A stretch of DNA of 64,000 bases from a virus, in IMG/VR virus record IMGVR_UViG_3300023179_000021, positions 32,001 to 96,000 of that record; one strand, written 5' to 3'. The first letter of the stretch is position 1. Each line of letters begins with the position of its first letter. The translations under genes and the position numbers were made by a program. Below, one piece after another: positions 9,523-18,668 of the stretch. The notes under the pieces were generated by a model, which saw only the letters and a list, made by a program, of their open reading frames with translations, made no database searches and had not been told where the DNA came from.

Positions 9523-10160
9523 ATAAATGTGTTCATGTTGTTTATATCAATGACTTTTTTCCCGAACTTTGGTCATTAACATACCCAAGCATTAGTTATT
9601 ATGCTAAAAAAATTGGTGCCGATTTAAACATTATCGACCAAAGAAAATTTCCCGAATGGCATATGTACTATGAGAAAATGCAAATGTATGAATGTGGTAG
9701 AAATTATGATGCTAATTTTCTTTTAGATGCTGACATTTTAATTCATCCAGATTTTCCAGATTTTACTACCGTCACAAAGCCACATCACATAGCATTTAAT
9801 GATAACTTTCATGCAACCGATCATTATTACGGAGTAGAAGACAACATTTACTTTCAACGTGATGGCCGTGATGTCGGTATCTCAACAAATGCCGTTATTT
9901 CATTTAAGTCTACACATGATGTTTGGGAACCATTAGACATGGATCCAAATGAGGCAAAAAAAATTTTAAAGCCTCATGCCTTCATTGATGAGTATTGTTT
10001 GTCTTTAAATATGGCTAAATATGGTTTGAAGTATACTGGTATTACATGGGAAGATTGGCAACGATACTACTTCGTTCATTTAGGAAACATGGGACCAAAA
10101 GATACGGTTCTACCAAATGCTTATAAAGTGATTGAAAATTGGAAGAAAAATTTAAAATGA
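9519..10160 (+). CDS. nucleotide-diphospho-sugar transferase (GT-A fold)
   Basis: YAKKIGAD, EK, LLDADILI (DxD). Confidence 0.65.
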   Translation: MNKCVHVVYINDFFPELWSLTYPSISYYAKKIGADLNIIDQRKFPEWHMYYEKMQMYECGRNYDANFLLDADILIHPDFPDFTTVTKPHHIAFNDNFHATDHYYGVEDNIYFQRDGRDVGISTNAVISFKSTHDVWEPLDMDPNEAKKILKPHAFIDEYCLSLNMAKYGLKYTGITWEDWQRYYFVHLGNMGPKDTVLPNAYKVIENWKKNLK

Positions 10161-11080
10161 ATACAACATTTTTATTATCTGGTGGTGCAGGAAGAATCAT
10201 TACGGCTACACCTGCTCTTGAGAAATATGCTCGTCTAAACCCAGAAGACGATTTTAAAGTATTGATTTATGGATGGGAAAACCTATATTGGAACCATCCA
10301 CTGCTACAATCTAAAACGTATGGCGTAAATCAAAAAGGTATATTTGAGTTAATTATTAAAAACTCAATACTTAAATCACCCGAACCATATCATTGTCATT
10401 CTTATTACAATCAAAAAACTTCTTTGAGTGAAGCCTTTGATGAAGAAATCAATCACACAACCGATCATTCTGATTTAACAAAGGCTAATTTATATCTACA
10501 CTCAAACGAAATAATAACAGTCACAAAGATGATTGATGATGCAAAAAAACAAAAGAAAAGAAAAAAGTTTGTGGTGTATCAACCGTTTGGATCTGGTATT
10601 CAACTAGTCAACAATCGCCCATTTGATGCTTCGGGTCGTAGTTTAGATGTTGATGATTCTCTTAATTTAGGTTACCTTTTGTCGCAAGATGCTGTTGTTC
10701 TATATTTCGGACCCAGTGAGTTCATACATCCAAAAGATAATTTTATGTTGAACACCAAAAATATGAATGGTGCCGATTTGAGATTTTATATGGCCATGAT
10801 TTCTCAATGTGATTATTTTGTAGGTGTTGATTCAGTCGGCCAACATATGGCTCGTGCATTTGATAAACCGGGTGTCATTGTCATGGGATCTACATTTGAA
10901 AAGAATGTAAGTTATCCCGAATGGTTTAAAATTTATCGCAATGGTGTCCAACCAACATATAATCCCATAAGAATTGGTGGTGTTGATTCAGAATTTGCTG
11001 ATCGGGCAAATGATATGGTTATGAGTTTCAATAAAAATCAAATTCAAGAAATTTATACAATGGCAAAAAATTTATGTTAA
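10157..11080 (+). CDS. GT9-like glycosyltransferase (GT-B fold)
   Basis: SGGAGRII, CDYFVGVDSVGQHMARAFDKPG. Confidence 0.75.
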   Translation: MNTTFLLSGGAGRIITATPALEKYARLNPEDDFKVLIYGWENLYWNHPLLQSKTYGVNQKGIFELIIKNSILKSPEPYHCHSYYNQKTSLSEAFDEEINHTTDHSDLTKANLYLHSNEIITVTKMIDDAKKQKKRKKFVVYQPFGSGIQLVNNRPFDASGRSLDVDDSLNLGYLLSQDAVVLYFGPSEFIHPKDNFMLNTKNMNGADLRFYMAMISQCDYFVGVDSVGQHMARAFDKPGVIVMGSTFEKNVSYPEWFKIYRNGVQPTYNPIRIGGVDSEFADRANDMVMSFNKNQIQEIYTMAKNLC

Positions 11081-11667
11081 GATTCCACGATTATTTAGAA
11101 GGTAGTATAAGACACATACTGGAAAAAATACCTCCGCCAAAAACAGTCATTGAAATTGGCGTGTTCGAAGGTTATTTTACCTTTAACATGACTCAAATGA
11201 TAGCACCAAAAAATAAAGATTATGTTCATTATGCAATCGACCCATATTCGGGACCATCAGACGCTTTAACCAAAGAAAGAATATTTGAGGCTGAAAAGGA
11301 ATTTGTTTCTTATTTAAATAATTTTCCCTATAAGAATAACATTAAGTTTATGAAGAAGCGATCTTGGGATGGTCTCATGGAATTACACCATAAAGGTGTT
11401 CGTGCCGACTTCATTTATGTTGATGGTGACCACAAGGCCGCCGAAGTTCTTGAAGACATGGTTCTTGGTTTTAATTTGCTAAATACTGGAGGTGCTATGT
11501 TATGCGACGATTCGGTTTCTTGGTGTCATACAGAATCTAACGGACAAAAACCTTTACACTATTCTCCAAGATTAGCCGTTGACAGTTTTATACAGTGTAA
11601 TTGGGGTAAAATAGATGTTTGTATTTTACCTAATGGATATCAATCAGCCTTCATTAAAAGATCATGA
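11074..11667 (+). CDS. class I SAM-dependent methyltransferase (Methyltransf_24-like)
   Basis: IEIGVFEG, DFIYVDGDH, LLNTGGAMLCDD. Confidence 0.85.
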   Translation: MLRFHDYLEGSIRHILEKIPPPKTVIEIGVFEGYFTFNMTQMIAPKNKDYVHYAIDPYSGPSDALTKERIFEAEKEFVSYLNNFPYKNNIKFMKKRSWDGLMELHHKGVRADFIYVDGDHKAAEVLEDMVLGFNLLNTGGAMLCDDSVSWCHTESNGQKPLHYSPRLAVDSFIQCNWGKIDVCILPNGYQSAFIKRS

Positions 11668-12179
11668 CTGAAAGCCCAGTAAATTTTTATTCTTCAAAAC
11701 CAAAACCTGTACACTACGATAGGCAATGTGGTGACTGTAGTGTTTGTTGTCGTTGGTTATTTTATGTTATCAATGGCCATCTAAAGCATCCAGGAAAACC
11801 ATGTTTCTACCTTGGTGAAAATTGTACAGTACACGATGTTCGTCCACAAAGTTGTCGTGATTATCATTGTGCTTACATACAAGGCATTTTACCAGAATGG
11901 ATGAAGCCAACTCGTTCTAAAGTTTTGGTCAATGTGGAGAATTGGGGACAAAATAAAGAACATAGAATGCTTCGTGTCGTTGAGTGTGGCCAAAAGATAG
12001 ATTCGGAAGTGCTCTCTTGGCTTATTCAATTTTCCAGAAATACAAATATAGGACTTATCTATCAACTATCTGGCGTATGGAATTATTTTGGTCCCGATGC
12101 CTTTATGGAGTTTTTTAAAGATCAAATTCTTAAAGCCGAATTTCAAAACCCATTATTATATGACGAAAAGAAAACTTGA
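11664..12179 (+). CDS. CxxCxxCC cysteine-cluster protein (YkgJ/FliB-like)
   Basis: CGDCSVCC, C.YL...CTVH..RP.SC..Y.C. Confidence 0.7.
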   Translation: MTESPVNFYSSKPKPVHYDRQCGDCSVCCRWLFYVINGHLKHPGKPCFYLGENCTVHDVRPQSCRDYHCAYIQGILPEWMKPTRSKVLVNVENWGQNKEHRMLRVVECGQKIDSEVLSWLIQFSRNTNIGLIYQLSGVWNYFGPDAFMEFFKDQILKAEFQNPLLYDEKKT

Positions 12180-12963
12180 CATAGCCCTTAGAACTTGCGA
12201 TAATAATTCAATACATGAAAGTCGCTCAAGTACAGGTAAAAGAATTATACCATCAGATAAACCAATGCTAATTAAAAAGTGTTTCGTTTCTCTTTGTAAT
12301 TCAATTGAGAAAACCGAAAATACCGATATAAGGCTTTGGATTTACGATGACCATAGTTCCGAAGATACAAAAAAATATTTAAAAACGGTTGCTGCCAATA
12401 AAAACATTGAATATTATTTTTTTGATTTAGAAGAAAGAGGTCATAATTATTCTGGCCTGAAACAGTTTGAATGTTGTCGGGATAATGGCCGAGATTGGTC
12501 ATACTCAGTTGAAGATGATTATTTACATTATCCAAGTGCTATACCAGAATTTTTATCAATGGGTGAGCGATTTAGAAATATGCTTGGCACTCCAATTGGT
12601 ATTCGACCTGATGATTGTCCTATGTCTTATACCAGTAATACTTCATTTAGAACAAAACCATCAATTATATTTTTAGGTAATGATCGACACTGGAAAACAA
12701 CGCAGCATACCACACAAACTATGTTTTTAGATTCAAGCGTTTTCAAAGACTATTGGGATATTTTTGCAGTTATGGCAAAATATTATGGCCGCTTGGTTAT
12801 CTTTGAAAACGATACGCTAAATAAGTTATGGGATGATGGTGTTTCAACAAGAGGTCCAGTGCCATTGTTTTCTCCAATACCATCACTTGCTATGCACATT
12901 ACTTATGATACTGAACCACCTTTTACTGATTATAAAAAACTTTGGGATGAAATTGAACTATGA
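12160..12963 (+). CDS. GT2-like glycosyltransferase
   Basis: IYDDHSS, YSVEDDYLH, SPIPSLAMH. Confidence 0.7.
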   Translation: MTKRKLDIALRTCDNNSIHESRSSTGKRIIPSDKPMLIKKCFVSLCNSIEKTENTDIRLWIYDDHSSEDTKKYLKTVAANKNIEYYFFDLEERGHNYSGLKQFECCRDNGRDWSYSVEDDYLHYPSAIPEFLSMGERFRNMLGTPIGIRPDDCPMSYTSNTSFRTKPSIIFLGNDRHWKTTQHTTQTMFLDSSVFKDYWDIFAVMAKYYGRLVIFENDTLNKLWDDGVSTRGPVPLFSPIPSLAMHITYDTEPPFTDYKKLWDEIEL

Positions 12964-13796
12964 ATAAAATTTTAATTATGGGTCTTCCAGGATCCGGTAA
13001 AACATATTTTGCTGAGCGCCTTAAAAGATACCTTGAAACACACGGCACAAGGTCATTATCATCAATTGAAGATGTTCCATATCCAAATTTAAATGCTCGT
13101 GTTGATTGGTTTAATGCCGATGAGGTTCGCAAAAAATTTAACGATTGGGATTTTAGTCGTGAAGGCCGTATTCGCCAATCAATTCGTATGTTTGATTTTG
13201 CTTTGAGATGTAAAGGTGATTATGTCATTTGTGATTTCGTGGCACCTTTACCTGAGATGCGACACAATTTCAAAGCCGATTGGACAATTTGGATGGACAC
13301 AATTGATGCTGGTCGTTATGAAGATACCAATAAAGCCTTTGTTCCGCCAGATGTTTATGATTTTCGTATCAATGAACAAAACGCCGAGAAGTGGGTCCCC
13401 TATGTTGGTGAAATGATTCTCCAAGAAAAAAGAAGGCCTCGATTTGATTGGCAAAAAGAAACAGTTCAAATGCTGGGTCGTTGGCAACCATGGCATCCAG
13501 GACATCGAGCGCTATTTGAAAGAGCAATTGCAAAGACCGGACAAGTGGCCATTATGATTCGTGATTGTCAAGGTTGGAATGGCTCCAATCCTTTTGCCAT
13601 TGAACAAGTTAAAAACTTTATTCGCCGTGATTTGGATCCTTTATATCAAGGTCAATATGAAATTCTTGTTGTGCCAAATATTGTAAACATCACATACGGC
13701 CGTGACGTTGGCTATAAAATTGAACAAGAAGTTTTTGATGATACGATTCACAACATTTCAGCCACAAAAATAAGAGAATCAATGGGCCTCAAGTGA
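12960..13796 (+). CDS. adenylylsulfate kinase-like domain fused to an HxGH nucleotidyltransferase domain
   Basis: P-loop GLPGSGKT, NADEVR, DFSREGR; C-terminal GRWQPWHPGH, YGRDVG, ISATKIR. Confidence 0.75.
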   Translation: MNKILIMGLPGSGKTYFAERLKRYLETHGTRSLSSIEDVPYPNLNARVDWFNADEVRKKFNDWDFSREGRIRQSIRMFDFALRCKGDYVICDFVAPLPEMRHNFKADWTIWMDTIDAGRYEDTNKAFVPPDVYDFRINEQNAEKWVPYVGEMILQEKRRPRFDWQKETVQMLGRWQPWHPGHRALFERAIAKTGQVAIMIRDCQGWNGSNPFAIEQVKNFIRRDLDPLYQGQYEILVVPNIVNITYGRDVGYKIEQEVFDDTIHNISATKIRESMGLK

Positions 13797-14017
13797 ACAA
13801 ATATCATATCAGATTTAATACTAATCATAGTGGCACACCTTTGGTTTGGCGTGTATTCGAAAACGGCATCGAACATTTAGCAACCGATGTTCGTATTATA
13901 GGTGAAACTTTTACCGAATGTACCGAAGAACATGGTCAAATCAAATGGAATATTGCTTGTTTAGGAAATTTAACCTGGTCGGATAAGTCTGCAACTATTA
14001 TAACAGTTAAGAACTAG
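13793..14017 (+). CDS. hypothetical protein
   Basis: 74-aa ORF, GTG start overlapping the upstream stop. Confidence 0.6.
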   Translation: MNKYHIRFNTNHSGTPLVWRVFENGIEHLATDVRIIGETFTECTEEHGQIKWNIACLGNLTWSDKSATIITVKN

Positions 14018-14018
14018 T

Positions 14019-14726
14019 GTGATACCCAAAATAGTTCACCTCTCTTGGAAAGATAAGAATCTTTTTGAGAGACATTCACCACTTATAATTTATGGTGTTA
14101 AAAGGCTTCGAGATTTAAACCCAGATTGGGACATAAGAATAACCATTGATGAAGAAATTAATGACTATTTAAATGAAACAATGCGGCATGATTTTTCTTT
14201 AGTTGAACATAAAGGCATTGTGGCCAAAACAGATATTTGGAGGCTCTATAAGTTACTTTATGAGGGTGGTATTTACGTTGACATTGACCGCTTCTGTGAT
14301 GTTAAATTGTCAGAAGTTATACCAAAAAATGTAAAACAAATTCTTCCTGTTTGTAGGTATTATGATTTTTCTCACGATTTAATGATAAGCGCACCAAATA
14401 ACCCGGTTTATAATACAACAATTTCAATGTATTTGCATCGTAGAAAGATAGGATTTGATAACATTTATTTCTTAGGCGCTCAAACCTACATGCACGCTAT
14501 CACTCATACTTTAGTTGGTGAAATGATTAACACGAATCCGGGCCAAGAAAAGTTTGAAGGAATAATAAATAAGATAAAAAGTCTAGGTTTCATTGAAGTT
14601 TTTGTTGAAGATCCGCCATATTTCACTTTTCTATATCGAAATCGTGAGGATATAGGTGACTGGGGAAAACTAAAGAAAGAATTCTACTCCAAATCAGGCA
14701 TCAAACATTGGACAGGAGAATGGTAA
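14019..14726 (+). CDS. GT32/OCH1-like glycosyltransferase (DxD sugar-binding)
   Basis: MIPKIVH, LNPDW, DIWRLYKLLYEGGIYVDID. Confidence 0.85.
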   Translation: MIPKIVHLSWKDKNLFERHSPLIIYGVKRLRDLNPDWDIRITIDEEINDYLNETMRHDFSLVEHKGIVAKTDIWRLYKLLYEGGIYVDIDRFCDVKLSEVIPKNVKQILPVCRYYDFSHDLMISAPNNPVYNTTISMYLHRRKIGFDNIYFLGAQTYMHAITHTLVGEMINTNPGQEKFEGIINKIKSLGFIEVFVEDPPYFTFLYRNREDIGDWGKLKKEFYSKSGIKHWTGEW

Positions 14727-14743
14727 TTAAACTCTTCTTTTAA

Positions 14744-14750
14744 CTAAATA
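14744..14750 (+). promoter_or_regulatory. T4-type late promoter variant (CTAAATA)
   Basis: Intergenic TAAATA box upstream of structural genes; gp55 is encoded in this window. Confidence 0.55.
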
Positions 14751-14773
14751 TGGGTTAAAGAGGAGACCTCACT

Positions 14774-15109
14774 TTGGCAGACTTTGTAGAACTCGACATT
14801 GAGGCCGGTGCGACATTTTCATTACAAATTACAATTAAAAATGATAATGGAACTGGTAAAAATTTAGCAAATCACATTTTTACAGGCCAGCTTCGAAGGT
14901 CTTATTATTCCTCTACTGCTAACAATTTCACCATAACTGTTGATGATACTGCAAATGGTGTTATTTCTTTAGGGATTTCTTCAGCTAATACCGCAAACCT
15001 TCGTGCTGGCCGTTATGTTTTTGATATTGAAATGGATGACACATCCAACACTACTGTTACAAGAGTGGTAGAAGGTATTGCTACGGTTCTGCCAAATGTA
15101 ACAAGATAG
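14774..15109 (+). CDS. small Ig-like virion protein (BppU-like adaptor)
   Basis: TTG start with AGGAG RBS; IEAGATF, GRYVFDIE, RVVEG..TV.P.VTR. Confidence 0.6.
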   Translation: MADFVELDIEAGATFSLQITIKNDNGTGKNLANHIFTGQLRRSYYSSTANNFTITVDDTANGVISLGISSANTANLRAGRYVFDIEMDDTSNTTVTRVVEGIATVLPNVTR

Positions 15110-15113
15110 TTAC

Positions 15114-17771
15114 ATGAAAATAGAAATAACCAAGGCTAGTCCTTCTGTTAGCACTGTAAAACTTGGAGGTAATTTAACAGCAGCAGTTGCAACGGGTGTT
15201 CAAGGAACTTCAGGTTTTTCCGGTTACAGTGGAGATAATCCAGGCTCAAGTGGTTATTCTGGTCGTTCTGGTTTTTCCGGTTACAGTGGAGATAATCCAG
15301 GCTCAAGTGGTTATTCGGGTCGTTCGGGTTATTCTGGTTACTCAGGTATTTCTGGTTTTTCTGGTTTTTCTGGTTTTTCGGGTGCTCAATTTGTAGGATC
15401 ATCTGGTTATTCAGGTGTATCTGGTTACTCTGGTAATAGTACATCAGGTTATTCGGGACCATCGGGTTACTCCGGGTTTTCTGGTGTTTCCGGTTACTCT
15501 GGTATTTCGGGTGCTTCAGGTATCTCAGGTTATTCTGGACAATCTGGTTTTTCTGGTACTTCCGGGATAAGTGGTTTTTCTGGCGCTTCTGGTTACTCTG
15601 GTTTCTCAGGCATTTCAGGCTATTCGGGACCATCAGGATATTCTGGTCAATCGGGATTTTCTGGCCAAATTGGTAACTCCGGTTATTCTGGTCAATTAGG
15701 CATTTCTGGTTATTCTGGCCAATTAGGTACATCCGGTTACTCCGGTGTCTCTGGTTATTCCGGCATTTCTGGTTATTCCGGATTCTCTGGTATTTCCGGA
15801 TACTCAGGCGTTTCTGGTTATTCTGGATATTCTGGTATTTCAGGCGCTTCAGGTATAAGTGGTTATTTCGGTATTTCTGGATATTCTGGATTTTCTGGTT
15901 ATTCCGGGTTTTCTGGTATTTCTGGTGCTTCGGGTTTATCTGGTTATTCTAGTATCTCTGGTTATTCCGGGTTTTCTGGTATTTCTGGTGCTTCGGGTTT
16001 ATCTGGTTACTCAGGTATTTCTGGATTTTCTGGTATCTCTGGTTATTCTGGGTTTTCCGGTATTTCAGGTGCTTCGGGTTTATCTGGTTATTCTGGTATT
16101 TCTGGTTATTCGGGAAGCGTTGGTGCGGTTGGAGGATTTTTCTTTTATACTTTCGACACCGCTAAGACAACAGATACCGCACCAGATTCACAATCATTTC
16201 ATTCAAATAGTCCGGGAAGCCAAGCATTAATTTCTAAACTTTGGTTTGATGATGATGATATAGCCGGCGCAAATGTTTATCCTTTTGTGAGTTCTGTTTT
16301 CAATACGACAGGAACACCTAAAGGTTTTTTAAGTATTCGTGGTTCAGCTGGCACTGAACGTCTTTACATACAAGTTGATTCTGTAACAAAGAAAACTGGA
16401 TATTATGAATTAAGTGTTACTGTGCTTTCAAATTCACCAGATGCATTAGATGATGGTGATTTGTCTGGATTTAATTTAACGAGAAATGGTGATTCGGGCA
16501 CCTCTGGTTATTCTGGTATAAGTGGTTATTCCGGCATATCCGGATATTCAGGTTATTCTGGTATATCTGGTTACTCCGGTTTTTCGGGTATTTCTGGTTA
16601 CTCCGGATTCTCAGGTATTTCTGGCTATTCCGGTTATTCTGGCATTTCAGGTACTTCTGGTATATCTGGTTATTCAGGCGTTTCTGGTTACTCCGGATTC
16701 TCAGGTATTTCTGGCTATTCCGGTTATTCTGGCATTTCAGGTACTTCTGGTATATCTGGTTATTCAGGCGTTTCTGGTTACTCCGGATTCTCAGGTATTT
16801 CTGGCTATTCTGGCTATTCTGGTATTTCGGGTTACTCTGGTTATTCGGGCATTTCTGGTTACTCCGGATTCTCAGGTATTTCTGGCTATTCTGGCTATTC
16901 TGGTATTTCGGGTTACTCTGGTTATTCGGGCATTTCTGGTTATTCTGGATATTCTGGTATTTCTGGTGCTTTGGGTATTTCTGGTTACTCTGGATTTTCA
17001 GGTATTTCGGGTTACTCTGGTTATTCGGGCATTTCTGGTTATTCTGGATATTCTGGTATTTCAGGCGATTCAGGTATAAATGGTTATTCTGGTATTTCTG
17101 GATATTCTGGATTTTCTGGTTACTCCGGGTTTTCTGGTATTTCTGGTTACTCTGGATTTTCTGGTATTTCAGGAGCTTCAGGCATTTCTGGATTTTCTGG
17201 TATTTCTGGCTATTCTGGTATTTCTGGTGCTTCGGGTATTTCTGGTTACTCTGGATTTTTTGGTATTTCTGGATTCTCTGGTATTTCTGGATTCTCTGGT
17301 ATTTCTGGTTTTTCTGGCGCTGCCGGTCCATCAACCACAATTAACGCCACAAATGATACAACAACAGCTTCTGATTTTTATCCTGTATTTGTTGCTGGAA
17401 CCGGATCAAACCAAACAGCTACAGCATCTTCAACCAAACTTTATTTCAGACCTTCAACTGGACAATTAAGCGCTACAGATTTCAACACACTTTCGGATAT
17501 AGCATATAAAGAAAATATAGACACTATCCATAATGCACTAAATAAAGTATTAGAACTAAGAGGAGTTTCTTATCAGTTTAGAGATTCAAATAAACCCGCT
17601 TTTGGAGTTATCGCTCAAGAAATAGAGAATGTTTTGCCTGAAGTTGTTAATCAAAATGATAATGGCGACAAAACTGTATCTTACAATCATATTATTGCTG
17701 TGTTGATTGAAGCTATTAAAGAACAACAACAAATTATAGATAAAATAAATCATAAAATAAAGAACTTGTAA
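15114..17771 (+). CDS. (Gly-X-Ser)n repeat fibre protein with C-terminal peptidase S74 intramolecular chaperone
   Basis: Long runs of SG(Y/F/I) triplets, a central globular insert, and a C-terminal SD..YKENI...LRGVSY...GVIAQE...coiled coil. Confidence 0.8.
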   Translation: MKIEITKASPSVSTVKLGGNLTAAVATGVQGTSGFSGYSGDNPGSSGYSGRSGFSGYSGDNPGSSGYSGRSGYSGYSGISGFSGFSGFSGAQFVGSSGYSGVSGYSGNSTSGYSGPSGYSGFSGVSGYSGISGASGISGYSGQSGFSGTSGISGFSGASGYSGFSGISGYSGPSGYSGQSGFSGQIGNSGYSGQLGISGYSGQLGTSGYSGVSGYSGISGYSGFSGISGYSGVSGYSGYSGISGASGISGYFGISGYSGFSGYSGFSGISGASGLSGYSSISGYSGFSGISGASGLSGYSGISGFSGISGYSGFSGISGASGLSGYSGISGYSGSVGAVGGFFFYTFDTAKTTDTAPDSQSFHSNSPGSQALISKLWFDDDDIAGANVYPFVSSVFNTTGTPKGFLSIRGSAGTERLYIQVDSVTKKTGYYELSVTVLSNSPDALDDGDLSGFNLTRNGDSGTSGYSGISGYSGISGYSGYSGISGYSGFSGISGYSGFSGISGYSGYSGISGTSGISGYSGVSGYSGFSGISGYSGYSGISGTSGISGYSGVSGYSGFSGISGYSGYSGISGYSGYSGISGYSGFSGISGYSGYSGISGYSGYSGISGYSGYSGISGALGISGYSGFSGISGYSGYSGISGYSGYSGISGDSGINGYSGISGYSGFSGYSGFSGISGYSGFSGISGASGISGFSGISGYSGISGASGISGYSGFFGISGFSGISGFSGISGFSGAAGPSTTINATNDTTTASDFYPVFVAGTGSNQTATASSTKLYFRPSTGQLSATDFNTLSDIAYKENIDTIHNALNKVLELRGVSYQFRDSNKPAFGVIAQEIENVLPEVVNQNDNGDKTVSYNHIIAVLIEAIKEQQQIIDKINHKIKNL

Positions 17772-17772
17772 A

Positions 17773-18654
17773 ATGGCAATATCACTAAGAACACTATTAG
17801 GCGCAGGCGTATCGGGTTATTCGGGTAAATCCGGTTTTTCTGGTTATTCTGGCACTTCGGGTACTTCTGCTTATTCCGGTATTTCAGGTTTTTCTGGCCG
17901 ATCAGGTTATTCTGGTATCTCTGGTTATTCTGGAATATCTGGTTATTCCGGCATTTCTGGTTATTCTGGTTATTCCGGCATTTCTGGTTATTCTGGTTAT
18001 TCCGGCATCTCTGGTTATTCTGGTTATAGTGGTTATTCTGGTGTTTCTGGATATAGTGCGGCTTCACCTGGACCAGAAGGTGTATCTGGTTATTCTGGTT
18101 ACTCTGGTTATTCCGGCATCTCTGGGTATTCAAGTTATTCCGGCATCTCTGGTTATTCCGGCATTTCCGGTTATTCCGGCATTTCCGGTTATTCCGGCAT
18201 TTCCGGTTATTCTGGTGCTTCAGGCCCATCCACCACAATTAATGCTACAAATGATACAACAACAGCTTCTGATTTTTATCCGGTATTTGTTGCAGCTACA
18301 GGTTCAAACCAGACAGCCACAGCATCTTCAACCAAACTTTATTTTAGGCCATCTACTGGCCAGTTGAGTGCTACAGATTTCAATACACTTTCTGATGTAG
18401 CGTATAAAGAAAATATTGAGCCAATTAATAATGCGCTAAATAAGATATTAGAGTTGCGTGGCGTTTCTTATCGTATGAAAGGTTCTAAAAAGCAATCTTT
18501 GGGTGTTATTGCACAAGAAATTCAACATATATTGCCTGAAGTTGTTAATCAAAATGATAATGGTGATAAAACAGTTTCTTATAACCACATTATTGCTGTA
18601 CTAATTGAAGCTATTAAAGAACTTAAAGAAGAGATAGACCGATTTAAAAAATAA
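17773..18654 (+). CDS. short (Gly-X-Ser)n fibre protein with S74 chaperone
   Basis: SGYSGI repeats; C-terminal part nearly identical to 15114..17771. Confidence 0.8.
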   Translation: MAISLRTLLGAGVSGYSGKSGFSGYSGTSGTSAYSGISGFSGRSGYSGISGYSGISGYSGISGYSGYSGISGYSGYSGISGYSGYSGYSGVSGYSAASPGPEGVSGYSGYSGYSGISGYSSYSGISGYSGISGYSGISGYSGISGYSGASGPSTTINATNDTTTASDFYPVFVAATGSNQTATASSTKLYFRPSTGQLSATDFNTLSDVAYKENIEPINNALNKILELRGVSYRMKGSKKQSLGVIAQEIQHILPEVVNQNDNGDKTVSYNHIIAVLIEAIKELKEEIDRFKK

Positions 18655-18668
18655 AATTTGGAGTTGTT

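Noticed and set aside
15148-18367. Long alternative-frame Gln/Asn/Lys-rich and Val/Leu/Phe-rich ORFs
   Set aside because: By-products of the 9-bp SGX codon periodicity; no independent evidence of expression.
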